From Candidatus Omnitrophota bacterium (GTDB lineage: Bacteria > Omnitrophota > Gorgyraeia > Gorgyraeales > Gorgyraeaceae), in NCBI GenBank assembly GCA_043821705.1, contig JBDRCN010000045.1, positions 22,400 to 86,399 of the forward strand: a stretch of 64,000 bases of DNA, written 5' to 3'. Position numbers and translations under genes: made by a program. Position 1 is the first letter of the stretch. Every line of letters starts with the position of its first letter. The notes under the pieces are model-generated. The model ran no database searches and was not told the DNA's origin. It saw only the letters and a list, made by a program, of their open reading frames with translations. Below are positions 42,022-51,668 of the stretch, piece by piece.

Positions 42022-42560
42022 ATTTCGTGATTCGTGATCCGTGATTCGTGATTCGACAACTGATCAAAATTTATGGTAATATCAATTATATCAATAGCTC
42101 TATTGTAGACCTCACTTATTTCCTTCTCACCCGGATTATATTTTGCAAATTTTACAAGGTCGCATTCTTCTAAAAAATCTTTTATCTTAGTAGATACTTC
42201 GAGCTTTATCCCCTTTTCCCTTATATCTTGATAGACTTCCCAAGTAGTCCTATCAAGAGTAGATATAGTAAGTTTCCCTTCGATATATTTACGTATGATG
42301 TCTGATAACCTTATGTAATAAACTTTTACCATACGTTTTCTAGGAAGGTCTTCTCTTAAAAGAGTTGCTAATTCTTCCCTTGCGATCTCTTCTGGGGATC
42401 TAACAGGAACTTGTGGGAGGTTTTCTAAATTTTGTTTATTCTTAAAATATAAAAATATACCTATAGCTATGGCTATTAAAAGAAATAATATTATAACTGG
42501 CCAGATATTAAATCCAGTGTTTATCTCTATGATGTCTTTTAAAGGGCGTATATCTTCCAT
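42018..42560 (-). CDS. Single-TM conserved protein of moxR/bat operons (DUF4381-like)
   Basis: DIRPLKD, TM helix, LSDIIRKYIE, CDLVKFAKY; C-terminal tail encoded by heptamer repeats. Confidence 0.8.
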   Translation of the reverse strand: MEDIRPLKDIIEINTGFNIWPVIILFLLIAIAIGIFLYFKNKQNLENLPQVPVRSPEEIAREELATLLREDLPRKRMVKVYYIRLSDIIRKYIEGKLTISTLDRTTWEVYQDIREKGIKLEVSTKIKDFLEECDLVKFAKYNPGEKEISEVYNRAIDIIDITINFDQLSNHESRITNHEI

Positions 42561-42609
42561 ATTTAGATACTTACTTCTAATACCTTCTTAGTGCTTTTTA
42601 ACCCACTCT

Positions 42610-43488
42610 TTATCTAAATCGCTTAGCTCGCTTTTTAAAAAAAAGTATGAGCGGCTCTATATAAGATGTGCCAGTGGACAGCTCCACTACATCAAGGTTC
42701 ATGGACCTAAAGAGTTTTTTTCTGTCTATTGTTATGCTCTCTTGTCTTTTTTTAAGCTCTTTCCTTAAGATCTCATCCCCAGTATCTATAGATAACATCT
42801 CTCCTGTCTCAGCATCCTCAAATTCTACCAGGCCTATGTCCGGAAGATCCTTTTCTCTCGCATCAGAGATAGATATACCTATAATATCGTGCCTTTTATT
42901 TAAGATCCTCAGGAGCTTTTCATATCCTTTATCCATAAAATCAGATATTAAAAATACTATCGAGCGTTTTTTTAATATCCTTGCCAGATACTCAAGGGCA
43001 TTCTCTATACTAGTCCCTTTTTTTCTGGGTTTATAATATAGGACCTCTCTTATGACCCTAAGCACATGCATCCTGCCTTTTTTAGGAGGAATGAACTTTT
43101 CAACCTCGTCAGTAAAAAGCAAAAGCCCTACCTTATCATTGTTCTTTATTGCGCTAAATGCCAAGATAGAAGCAATCTCAGCCATGATCTCAGATTTTAA
43201 CTTACTCCTGGTGCCAAACTTCCCAGACCCGCTCATATCTGCCATGATGAGGACTGTAAGCTCTCTTTCTTCTATGAACTTTTTTACATATGGATGGCCT
43301 GTGCGAGCAGTGACATTCCAGTCTATAGAACGTATATCATCTCCTGGCACATATTCCCGTACTTCATGGAATTCCATGCCTCTTCCTTTAAACACAGACT
43401 CGTACTGACCTCCGAAAACATCAGTTACAAGTTTCCCAGTCTGTATCTCTATACGTTTTATTTTTTTTAGGATCTCTTTTGGGATCAT
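42610..43488 (-). CDS. DUF58 protein (MoxR-associated)
   Basis: GRGMEFHEVREYVPGDDIRSIDWNVTAR, EEREL, LISDF. Start placed at MIPKEIL. Confidence 0.92.
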   Translation of the reverse strand: MIPKEILKKIKRIEIQTGKLVTDVFGGQYESVFKGRGMEFHEVREYVPGDDIRSIDWNVTARTGHPYVKKFIEERELTVLIMADMSGSGKFGTRSKLKSEIMAEIASILAFSAIKNNDKVGLLLFTDEVEKFIPPKKGRMHVLRVIREVLYYKPRKKGTSIENALEYLARILKKRSIVFLISDFMDKGYEKLLRILNKRHDIIGISISDAREKDLPDIGLVEFEDAETGEMLSIDTGDEILRKELKKRQESITIDRKKLFRSMNLDVVELSTGTSYIEPLILFFKKRAKRFR

Positions 43489-43491
43489 AAA

Positions 43492-43569
43492 AACCGTGAA
43501 CCGTGATGCGTGAACCGTGATTCGCGATCTGTTACGAATCACGAATTACGAATTACGCATTACGAATTA
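43492..43569. repeat. Heptamer tandem repeats, head-to-head
   Basis: cgtgaac cgtgatg cgtgaac cgtgatt ... tacgaat cacgaat tacgaat tacgcat tacgaat in the moxR-DUF58 gap. Confidence 0.85.
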
Positions 43570-44568
43570 TGGGACTTCTATTTCATCGAATATCTTCTTT
43601 ACAATGATCTCGCTGGTCACTTCTTCTGCTTCTGCTTCGTAAGTAGTGAGCACTCTATGACGGAGTACGTCCATGCCTATTATCTTCACATCTTCTGGTA
43701 TAACATAACCTCTGCCTCTTATAAATGCATGCGCCTTGCTAGCAACATTAAGGTATATAGTTGCTCTGGGAGAAGCGCCATAAGCAATAAAATCCTTAAC
43801 ATCTATCTTATATTCCTCAGGGCAGCGCGTAGCATAGACTATGTTGACTATGTAATCTTTTATCTTATCATCCATATAGACATTATTTACAATATCCCTT
43901 GCCTCGAGTATCTCTTCAGGAGATATGACAGGATTTACTTTCTCTACTTTTTTGCCTGCCATCCTTTCCATTATAAGGCGTTCCTCTCTTTTATCAGGAT
44001 AATCTATCTTTATCTTTAGCATAAAGCGATCTACCTGCGCTTCTGGAAGAGGGTAAGTGCCTTCCTGTTCTATTGGATTCTGAGTAGCAAGGACTAAAAA
44101 AGGTTCCTCTAATAGGAATGTATTTTCACCTATTGTGACCTGTCTCTCCTGCATTGCTTCCAGAAGCGCGCTCTGCACCTTGGCAGGAGCTCTATTTATC
44201 TCATCAGCAAGTATGAGATTTGAAAAAATAGGGCCTTTTTTTGTAGTGAATTGCCCGTCTTTAGGGTTGTACACTAGCGTTCCTAGAAGATCTGCTGGTA
44301 AGAGATCTGGTGTAAACTGTATCCTCTGGAATTTAGTCTTTATACAGCTTGAAAGTGTCTTTACAGCTAGGGTCTTGGCGAGGCCTGGCACACCTTCTAT
44401 CAGGATATGACCATCTGCTAAAAGCGCCACTAAAAGCCTTTCAGTAAGATATTTCTGCCCGACTATCACCTTTGAAAGTTCATTGTTCAATTGTTGGATG
44501 ATAATGCTTTTTTCTTTTACTTTCTCATTGATAGCTTTAATGTCCTGACCGTATCTAGATTCTGACAT
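43567..44568 (-). CDS. moxR: MoxR family AAA+ ATPase
   Basis: EGVPGLAKT, RIQFTPDLLPAD, DEINRAPAKVQSALLE, ATQNPIEQEGTYPLPEAQVDRF; AAGGAGG RBS before MSESR. Confidence 0.95.
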   Translation of the reverse strand: MSESRYGQDIKAINEKVKEKSIIIQQLNNELSKVIVGQKYLTERLLVALLADGHILIEGVPGLAKTLAVKTLSSCIKTKFQRIQFTPDLLPADLLGTLVYNPKDGQFTTKKGPIFSNLILADEINRAPAKVQSALLEAMQERQVTIGENTFLLEEPFLVLATQNPIEQEGTYPLPEAQVDRFMLKIKIDYPDKREERLIMERMAGKKVEKVNPVISPEEILEARDIVNNVYMDDKIKDYIVNIVYATRCPEEYKIDVKDFIAYGASPRATIYLNVASKAHAFIRGRGYVIPEDVKIIGMDVLRHRVLTTYEAEAEEVTSEIIVKKIFDEIEVP

Positions 44569-44625
44569 ACATACCTCCTTATATGTTTTTAAGTAGATTC
44601 CCATTACCCGTTATCCATTCCCCGT

Positions 44626-44677
44626 CTGCCCTCCGTAGCCAGCCTTTTGAACTGCAATTCGTAAAGGCGTAGGAGGG
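44626..44677. repeat. 52-bp REP-like element, copy 2
   Basis: ccctccgtagcc...ggcgtaggaggg; abuts the htpX stop codon. Confidence 0.75.
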
Positions 44678-45523
44678 TTACCCGTTTTTAAGTCTTTTAA
44701 CCCGTTCCTGAATAGGTGGATGTGTGCTAAAGAGATTTGCCAGCATATTCCCACTAAATGGGTTTACTATAAACAGGTGCCTAGTAGCATCGTTCGCATG
44801 CAATGGATAAGCCTTAGCGCCTTTTTCTAATTTCAATAGAGCGCTGGCCAAGCCATCGCTTGAGTGAGCGATCATAGCTCCTCTTTTATCAGCTGCATAT
44901 TCTCTTGAGCGGGATATTGCTAACTGTATCAATAGCGCTGCTATCGGAGCTAATATGATCATAAATAAATATCCCAGCGCATTTCCACTATCTCGGTTTG
45001 ACCTGGATCTCCCGCCAAATCCTCCTAATATCATGGCCCATCTTGCCCAGCTGGCAAGCATGGTAATAGCTCCTGCGATAGTCGCAGTCACAGTCATTAT
45101 AAGAGTGTCTCTGTTTTTTATATGAGAGAGTTCGTGCGCAATGACTCCTTTTAACTCATCTCTATTTAATAGATTCAATATACCTTGCATGACACATACT
45201 GCTGAGTGTTTAGGATTCCTTCCAGTGGCAAATGCATTAGGAGAAGCCTGCGGCGCAATATAGATCTTTGGCATAGGGATGTTCGCTTCTGTCGCAAGTT
45301 CATTTACCATATTATATAATTCAGGCACTTCATTTGGCTCTATTTCCTTCGCGCCATACATCTTTAAGACGATCTTATCGCTAAACCAATATGCGCCCAC
45401 ATTCATAATAATAGCGAACATGAATGCCATGCTCGCTCCTCCTTGTCCGCCAAAATATCCACCTACCCAGACAAAAAGCATTGTCAGTATTACTAATAAA
45501 AACGTGGTCTTTATATAATTCAT
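44678..45523 (-). CDS. htpX: Zinc metalloprotease HtpX (M48)
   Basis: PNAFATGRNP, AHELSH, SRSREYAAD, FSTHPP. Confidence 0.95.
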   Translation of the reverse strand: MNYIKTTFLLVILTMLFVWVGGYFGGQGGASMAFMFAIIMNVGAYWFSDKIVLKMYGAKEIEPNEVPELYNMVNELATEANIPMPKIYIAPQASPNAFATGRNPKHSAVCVMQGILNLLNRDELKGVIAHELSHIKNRDTLIMTVTATIAGAITMLASWARWAMILGGFGGRSRSNRDSGNALGYLFMIILAPIAALLIQLAISRSREYAADKRGAMIAHSSDGLASALLKLEKGAKAYPLHANDATRHLFIVNPFSGNMLANLFSTHPPIQERVKRLKNG

Positions 45524-45527
45524 AATC

Positions 45528-46109
45528 TCACCTCTTCAGATATTTTTCCAGCGCACTCCAGGTCTGTGACCCGACCTTGCCATCCACCTTAAGGCCTTTT
45601 GTCTTCTGAAATTCCATGACAGCTTGTTTTGTGCGCTGTCCCATCTTACCGTCTATTGTCCCTGGGTCAAATCCTGCATTCTTCAGGGCAGTCTGTATAT
45701 CCTTGGTAGTAGGTTGGAATTCGGAAGTCTTATCTTCACTATAAGCGCTCCTCACTTCTACATCATATTCTTTCTTCATGCTTCTTTCTTCATTTGTCCG
45801 CCTTATATCTTCTATCTGTGTAAGAGTAAGCTTATTCACATATCCTGTGGATTTTATCCCGATGGATTCCTGAAATTCTTTAATAGCATCTCTGGTCTTC
45901 TGTCCCATCCTACCGTCTTTATTCCCAGTATCATAGCCAAAACCAGCCAAGACCACCTGTATCTCCTCAACCACTGGATTCACTATATCAGTAGTACCGA
46001 TAAGTTTTTCTTCCTCTTTCTGATACACCACAGATTTTGGCACTATATTGCAGCCAGAGAATGTTAATACCACTATTAAAAGTATAAAAACCTTAAAATT
46101 CTTATTCAT
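45528..46109 (-). CDS. Lipoprotein with two peptidoglycan-binding (PG_binding_1) domains
   Basis: LTFSGC lipobox; DGRMGQKTRDAIKEFQ and DGKMGQRTKQAVMEFQ...DGKVG; AGGAGG RBS. Confidence 0.85.
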   Translation of the reverse strand: MNKNFKVFILLIVVLTFSGCNIVPKSVVYQKEEEKLIGTTDIVNPVVEEIQVVLAGFGYDTGNKDGRMGQKTRDAIKEFQESIGIKSTGYVNKLTLTQIEDIRRTNEERSMKKEYDVEVRSAYSEDKTSEFQPTTKDIQTALKNAGFDPGTIDGKMGQRTKQAVMEFQKTKGLKVDGKVGSQTWSALEKYLKR

Positions 46110-46117
46110 GACGCCTC

Positions 46118-49100
46118 CTATTTCCAGCATATATGATCAAAATCACACCACCTGCATTTATTCATATCCCTTTCTGGAAGTTTTTCAAAATGTAGTTCCT
46201 GGATCCCTCTCCAGGCATTTTTAATTATCATGACCATCTCAGAGACCATATCTTCATTAAGTTCTACTTTAAATTCTACTGGTTCGCCTTTTTTTATGCC
46301 AAAACTGCGCACCTCGTCTTTCGAAGGCTCTACAAATACCAAGACTCCATGAGAAACTGAAAGATGCTTTTCTTCCCTCATCTTGTCTCTTTCATATAAA
46401 AGTTTATAACATACAAGCTGCCTAAGATAACCGTCACATGATTCATCTTCAAGGCTAGTGCATTTATATATACCTCTTGCATGTTTTTTTGGCTGGCCAG
46501 TCTTATAATCCACCACTCTTACCAGGCCATTTTCTTCATCCTCTAGCTCTAACTTATCATACTTGCCAGTGAATATTATCCCTTCGATATTAATAGGCAT
46601 GCGGTTCTCCAGCCCTATTGGCATGACTGGATCCTTGGATATTCTATTAAAAAATGTTTTCAGGTTATCAAATTGTTCGATAGAGCGCAATTCTATTGCC
46701 TTCTCTGGCCCCTGAAATTTCAATGCCTCCAGGAACCTGTCTTTAAAAAATTGAAAATCAGGGAATCTATTTGTCTTCATATAAGACCTGTATACATGTT
46801 CAAGCCCGCTATGGACAGAATTCCCAAAGATCAGGCTCTGTTTCTTTGAGCCTGGCAACATCAATACATTATCATACAGGAATTTCCTCCTGCATGATAG
46901 GTAATTATTTAAACTTGTAGGATTCAATGTCATATCCGCTACTAGATCCATGAGGATATCCTTAGTGCCAATAAAAGGGTCTAGTTTTTCAGTCATATGT
47001 AAAGATCCCAGAAGTATATCTTCCTCTTTTACGCTTCTTTCCTTTACAGGGAGCTTTAGATGATAGAGATAAGAGCTTGAGATCTGGTTTTCCTTTGGGC
47101 TTGATGAAAATATAATACTGCTTTTAGCCCTGCTTGTAGCTACATAGAACAGCCTGGTCTCGTCATAATATCGGAGGGTCTTTATCTTTTCCTTGCTATC
47201 AACCCTCTCGACTGTCTTTAATAGCTCTGGGGGCAAAGGTATCAAGTTAGGCCTAGGCCTAAGCGGCCAGCTCTTATCCTGGAGGCAGAAAGGTATTATC
47301 ACGCTATGAAATTCTTCCCCTTTCGAGCTATGAGCTGTTATGATCCTCACGCCATCCTGCGTCATTGTCACCAGGTTCCCTCTTACAGGAAGATCATGTT
47401 CATTCCTGGTCCTCAAGTCCTCTATCAGGTCTCTAAGAGAAAGTCCTGGGTTTGAGATGTCAGTTTCTTTTACCATGTTTATAAAAGAGCACAGCCCTCT
47501 AAGTTCTCTGAGCCTGATAATATCTTTTTTATCATACTTTTCTAAAATATATTTAAAAAGCCCTGAATCTTTTACATACTGCATCAATACAGTATGCACT
47601 GGTTTAAAAGGCGCTTCGGTCAAGATCTTCTTTAAAAGTTCTCTTGCCTTTGCCAAGGAAGGAGCAATATCCTTATCGTCAAAAAATTCCGAGACCAAGG
47701 TGACAGCTAGCTTTTGCCTTTTTTTCTTATTGACCTTATTTATAAATGATAAAATATCTTCGTGGGGGATCAAAAGATAATCTGAGACTAAAATATTATA
47801 AAGTATCCTCCCTCTATCTTCATAGTTCTCAGGATCAAGGCTCGCAAATTCCAAGAGATCCAGCATCTGCCTAACTCTAAATTCCCCTCTTATGTCTTCT
47901 TTCCCGTCAGTCGCATAAGGGATCCCGACTTGCAAGAATTTATCAATAAGTTTTAATATCAAAGACCTCTTTCTCACTAGTACTGCGATATTATTATAGG
48001 GGGACTTCTTTTCTTCTTTGGTCAAAGACTTTGAACTCTCGATCTCATCTTTAAGTTCTTTTATCCTTTCTACTAGAAAGATCATCTCTTCCTCTTCAGT
48101 AGTATATTCATAGAACTCTATCCTCTTTTTCTTAAAATCTTTTATAGGGATGAGCTTCTTCTCTCCTGTACGCTCTCCGACAGGGACCTCGCTTATAAGA
48201 TGCTGGGTAAGGTCTATGATCTCCTTTGTTGAACGATAATTATTTTTTAATGAGACTGTCTTTAATCTAGGGAATTTATTTTTAAGTTCTTTAAAATTCC
48301 CGATGCTGGCACCCTGGAATCTATATATAGACTGGTCATCATCTCCCACGCAGCATATATTAGGAGACCTGTCTTTTAATAAAGAGAATAGGAATTTCAA
48401 CTGGGCCCCATTAGTATCCTGGAATTCATCCACCATTATAAACTTAAACTGTTCCTGGTATCTTTTTTTAAGTGTGTCCTCATTGTTGAGCGATGTGGTC
48501 GCTAGCAAGATCATATCATCAAAATCATACCTACCTCGTGCATCGAACATCTCTTTATTATTTCCTTCTTTTATCTTCTCATATTGTTCATAGACCACTG
48601 CCAATGCGATTATCTTAGGGATATGCCTCTCTTCAACATACACCCCATCTGGTTTAAGTGCCTTACAGTATAATAAGAATTCTTCTGGGCTTATACCCTC
48701 TCTCTTCAGTTCCCCTATCCTAGCTTCTATCTCTCTTACATAAGTATATGGCGCCCTAAAAGGCCTTATATCAGACAGTCCTTTTGTATGATCAAGTATA
48801 TGCTCAATGGCCCTTATTTTTTCTATGTCAGTTATCTGTATCCTGTCCTGGAGATAATTAGCTGATTCTTCAGAATCCAGTATTATTGAGTTTGCAAAAC
48901 TATGGAATGTGCCTACTTGGACATCATAGCCCTTCATGCCTATTATTTTTGAAAGGCGTTCTTTCATTGCCTTAGCTGCTGCATTGGTATAGGTAAGTAT
49001 AAGTATATTTTCTGGGAGTGATTTTTTCTGGCGTATGATATTAGAAGCCCTTACAGAAAGAAGCTGGGTCTTGCCTGTGCCAGGACCAGCAAGGACTAAT

Positions 49101-49177
49101 AGAGGCCCCTCTAATGTATCCACTGCCTCTTTCTGTTCAACATTCAACTCGTTGTAGAACTTATCAAAACTAGACAC
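46118..49177 (-). CDS. UvrD/PcrA-family helicase with C-terminal PD-(D/E)xK nuclease
   Basis: AGPGTGKT, VDEFQD, GDDDQSIYRFQGA, RLFYVATSRAK; GKYDK...VVDYKTG, QL..Y, CRWCDFDHIC. Confidence 0.92.
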   Translation of the reverse strand: MSSFDKFYNELNVEQKEAVDTLEGPLLVLAGPGTGKTQLLSVRASNIIRQKKSLPENILILTYTNAAAKAMKERLSKIIGMKGYDVQVGTFHSFANSIILDSEESANYLQDRIQITDIEKIRAIEHILDHTKGLSDIRPFRAPYTYVREIEARIGELKREGISPEEFLLYCKALKPDGVYVEERHIPKIIALAVVYEQYEKIKEGNNKEMFDARGRYDFDDMILLATTSLNNEDTLKKRYQEQFKFIMVDEFQDTNGAQLKFLFSLLKDRSPNICCVGDDDQSIYRFQGASIGNFKELKNKFPRLKTVSLKNNYRSTKEIIDLTQHLISEVPVGERTGEKKLIPIKDFKKKRIEFYEYTTEEEEMIFLVERIKELKDEIESSKSLTKEEKKSPYNNIAVLVRKRSLILKLIDKFLQVGIPYATDGKEDIRGEFRVRQMLDLLEFASLDPENYEDRGRILYNILVSDYLLIPHEDILSFINKVNKKKRQKLAVTLVSEFFDDKDIAPSLAKARELLKKILTEAPFKPVHTVLMQYVKDSGLFKYILEKYDKKDIIRLRELRGLCSFINMVKETDISNPGLSLRDLIEDLRTRNEHDLPVRGNLVTMTQDGVRIITAHSSKGEEFHSVIIPFCLQDKSWPLRPRPNLIPLPPELLKTVERVDSKEKIKTLRYYDETRLFYVATSRAKSSIIFSSSPKENQISSSYLYHLKLPVKERSVKEEDILLGSLHMTEKLDPFIGTKDILMDLVADMTLNPTSLNNYLSCRRKFLYDNVLMLPGSKKQSLIFGNSVHSGLEHVYRSYMKTNRFPDFQFFKDRFLEALKFQGPEKAIELRSIEQFDNLKTFFNRISKDPVMPIGLENRMPINIEGIIFTGKYDKLELEDEENGLVRVVDYKTGQPKKHARGIYKCTSLEDESCDGYLRQLVCYKLLYERDKMREEKHLSVSHGVLVFVEPSKDEVRSFGIKKGEPVEFKVELNEDMVSEMVMIIKNAWRGIQELHFEKLPERDMNKCRWCDFDHICWK

Positions 49178-49205
49178 GAAGGCTGTTCTCCTATTATTGA
49201 ATAGT

Positions 49206-49302
49206 ATTTTATAACCTATATAGCCTATATGTCAAGTATAGAGAAATATCTCTTATCTAACGTGTTCAACGCGTTGATTTTACATAAAACATAATGTATA
49301 CT
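49206..49302. promoter_or_regulatory. Divergent sigma70-like promoters (helicase / PilZ-NSS)
   Basis: Minus strand: TTGACA(49235-49230)-18 nt-TAAAAT. Plus strand: TTGATT(49274)-17 nt-TATACT(49297-49302). Confidence 0.5.
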
Positions 49303-49323
49303 TAGACAGATAAGGAAGACTAT

Positions 49324-49701
49324 ATGACAGAAAGAAGATATTTTAAGAGACATAAACTAAACTTTATTGTCTATTTTAAGGTCGACAGGCCGCTAGACAT
49401 AAAGATGTTGATAGGTGATAAACAAAAAAGCGCTAATATGGTAGACATCAGCGAGATAGGTATGGCTATCTTCAGTATCGATAAGATACCTGCCGGAACT
49501 ACGCTTTCCATCACCTTTACTATAATGGATATGTATGCAAAAAAACAAGAGGATAGGATCAAGACTATCAAGGTGCTGGGAAATATCCAAAATGTTGCAG
49601 CCGTAGGAAAAGGCTATAGGCTAGGGATACTGTTCAAATATATGGGCGAAAAGGATAAAGACCTATTAAAAAATTTTATAGAACTCGCTTCTAGAAAGTA
49701 A
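49324..49701 (+). CDS. PilZ domain protein
   Basis: ERRYFKR (RxxxR) and DISEIG (DxSxxG) c-di-GMP motifs. Confidence 0.88.
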   Translation: MTERRYFKRHKLNFIVYFKVDRPLDIKMLIGDKQKSANMVDISEIGMAIFSIDKIPAGTTLSITFTIMDMYAKKQEDRIKTIKVLGNIQNVAAVGKGYRLGILFKYMGEKDKDLLKNFIELASRK

Positions 49702-49720
49702 CTAGGTATAATTTTAATAT

Positions 49721-51277
49721 ATGGCTAAAAAACGTGATGCATGGAAATCTAGAGTAGGTATCATAATGGCTGTTGCAGGAAGCGCAGTTGGGCTAGGGAA
49801 TTTCCTGCGTTTTCCAGTGCAGGCTGCACAGAATGGCGGCGGAGCGTTCATGATACCTTATTTTATCTCCCTCCTTCTTTTGGGGATACCTCTCATGTGG
49901 ATAGAATGGACTGTTGGAAGGTTCGGCGGAGGGTTCGGACACGGCACTGCGCCTGGCATGTTCCATACTATGTGGAAAAAGAACAGATTTATAAAATATT
50001 TCGGGGTCATAGGGATATTCGGGCCGCTAGTTATTTTTATTTACTATAATTATATCGCTTCATGGACCCTTGCGTATGCATTTTTCCAAGCTACAGGTAA
50101 ATATGGGCCTGATGTAAACCAGGAAGGGATGATGTCTCTTCTCAGGGGATTCCAGGGAATAGAGAAAAACAGTTTCTTCTCCAGCCTTCAATATGCATAC
50201 TTATTTTTTATTATAACATTTGCAGTAAATATCATCATAATCTATAAGGGCATCTCTGGTGGGATTGAAAAACTTTGTAAGATCGCCATGCCAACGCTTT
50301 TTATATTTGGGATAATAATCGCTATAAGAGTATTTATGCTTGGTACTCCTGACCCAGCAAAGCCAGATTGGAACATCATCAATGGCCTTGGGTTTTTATG
50401 GAACCCTGATTTTAAAGCACTCTGCAATGCCAAGGTATGGTTAGCAGCTGCAGGCCAGATATTCTTTACCCTCAGTGTCGGCATAGGCGTGATATTGACC
50501 TATGCTAGTTATCTTAAAAAGACGGATGACGTCGCGCTTTCTGGGCTCACAGCAGCGTCTGCAAATGAATTCGCAGAGATCATCTTAGGGTCCTCCATCA
50601 TAATCCCAGCAGCATTTGTCTTTTTTGGCCCGAATATGATACAAGATATAGCAGCAGGCGGGGCATTTAATCTGGGGTTCGTGACAATGCCTTTAATATT
50701 CCAAAAGATCGCGCTGAGTGCATTTTTTGGCTGTCTATGGTTTGGGCTTTTATTCTTGGCTGGTATCACTTCAAGCGTGTCACTGGCCCAGCCCACGATC
50801 GCATTCCTGGAGGATGAATTCAATATCTCTAAGAAAAAAGCAGTCCTAATCTTTGGCATAGTATCTTTTATACTCTGCCAGCCAGCAATATTTTTCTTAA
50901 AGAACGGGGTTGTAGATGAACTTGATTTCTGGGGAGGTACATTCTGCCTAGTGCTATTTGCCACAGTCGAGACTATTTTGTTCGGCTGGATATTCGGTAT
51001 TGAAAAAGCATGGGAAGAGATGCATCGTGGGTCTGACCTCAGGATACCAAAAATATATAAATTCATCATCAAATATATTACGCCTCTATTTTTGGTTTCT
51101 ATATTGGGTTTTTGGTTCTATCAGCAGGGTATCCCTACTATTTTAATGGAAGGTGTAAGCGAAGTTAATAAACCATACGTACTCGGGACCAGGATAATGC
51201 TGGTAGTCATGTTTATAACTCTCTCGATCCTAGTCAAGGTAGCATGGAGTAAACGTAAAGTAAGGGCTGAGAAATGA
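49721..51277 (+). CDS. Sodium-dependent transporter, NSS/SNF family
   Basis: AGSAVGLGNFLRFP, NGGGAFMIPY, AAGQIFFTLSVG; many TM helices. Confidence 0.95.
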   Translation: MAKKRDAWKSRVGIIMAVAGSAVGLGNFLRFPVQAAQNGGGAFMIPYFISLLLLGIPLMWIEWTVGRFGGGFGHGTAPGMFHTMWKKNRFIKYFGVIGIFGPLVIFIYYNYIASWTLAYAFFQATGKYGPDVNQEGMMSLLRGFQGIEKNSFFSSLQYAYLFFIITFAVNIIIIYKGISGGIEKLCKIAMPTLFIFGIIIAIRVFMLGTPDPAKPDWNIINGLGFLWNPDFKALCNAKVWLAAAGQIFFTLSVGIGVILTYASYLKKTDDVALSGLTAASANEFAEIILGSSIIIPAAFVFFGPNMIQDIAAGGAFNLGFVTMPLIFQKIALSAFFGCLWFGLLFLAGITSSVSLAQPTIAFLEDEFNISKKKAVLIFGIVSFILCQPAIFFLKNGVVDELDFWGGTFCLVLFATVETILFGWIFGIEKAWEEMHRGSDLRIPKIYKFIIKYITPLFLVSILGFWFYQQGIPTILMEGVSEVNKPYVLGTRIMLVVMFITLSILVKVAWSKRKVRAEK

Positions 51278-51369
51278 ATATATTAGGGTGGTTGATCTTT
51301 ATAATATCCTGGATAAGCATCATATCCTTAACGATATTCTGCTTCAGAAGGATACTCTCCAAGAAATAA
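51274..51369 (+). CDS. 31-aa single-TM protein, probable NSS transporter small subunit (MetS-like)
   Basis: ATGA overlap with the transporter stop; MNILGWLIFIISWISIISLTIFCFRRILSKK; below the ORF-track length cutoff. Confidence 0.75.
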   Translation: MNILGWLIFIISWISIISLTIFCFRRILSKK

Positions 51370-51370
51370 A

Positions 51371-51556
51371 CTATTCGAAAGTTATTGCATCGACAGGACA
51401 TTCATCCTTTGCCTGTTTGCAGGTCTCTTCATTCTCAGGTGAAACTGTGCTACCTATTACTATAGCCTTATCTTCTTTCATCTGGAAGACTTCAGGACAT
51501 GTATTTACACATAAACCGCATCCAACACAAAGCTCTTCGTTCATTATTGCCTTCAT
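51371..51556 (-). CDS. Ferredoxin (single 4Fe-4S/3Fe-4S type)
   Basis: CVGCGLCVNTCPEVF...CPVDAI; AAGGAGG RBS. Confidence 0.92.
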   Translation of the reverse strand: MKAIMNEELCVGCGLCVNTCPEVFQMKEDKAIVIGSTVSPENEETCKQAKDECPVDAITFE

Positions 51557-51668
51557 TTTTTCCTCCTTAAATGAGCACTCTAGTTATGAAAATTAAAAAT
51601 TTTCATAACTAGATCTTCTTTGTTCTTCTTCTTTGAACGTGCGAATATAGCTTTCTACCCTATAATTG

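Noticed and set aside
40954-43542. N-terminal extensions of batB (41013) and DUF58 (43542) in the ORF track
   Set aside because: They are translations of heptamer repeats; downstream ATGs match the family starts.
46118-49177. Helicase-nuclease as a novel defence gene
   Set aside because: Matches the widespread UvrD + PD-(D/E)xK repair-type architecture, in a housekeeping context.
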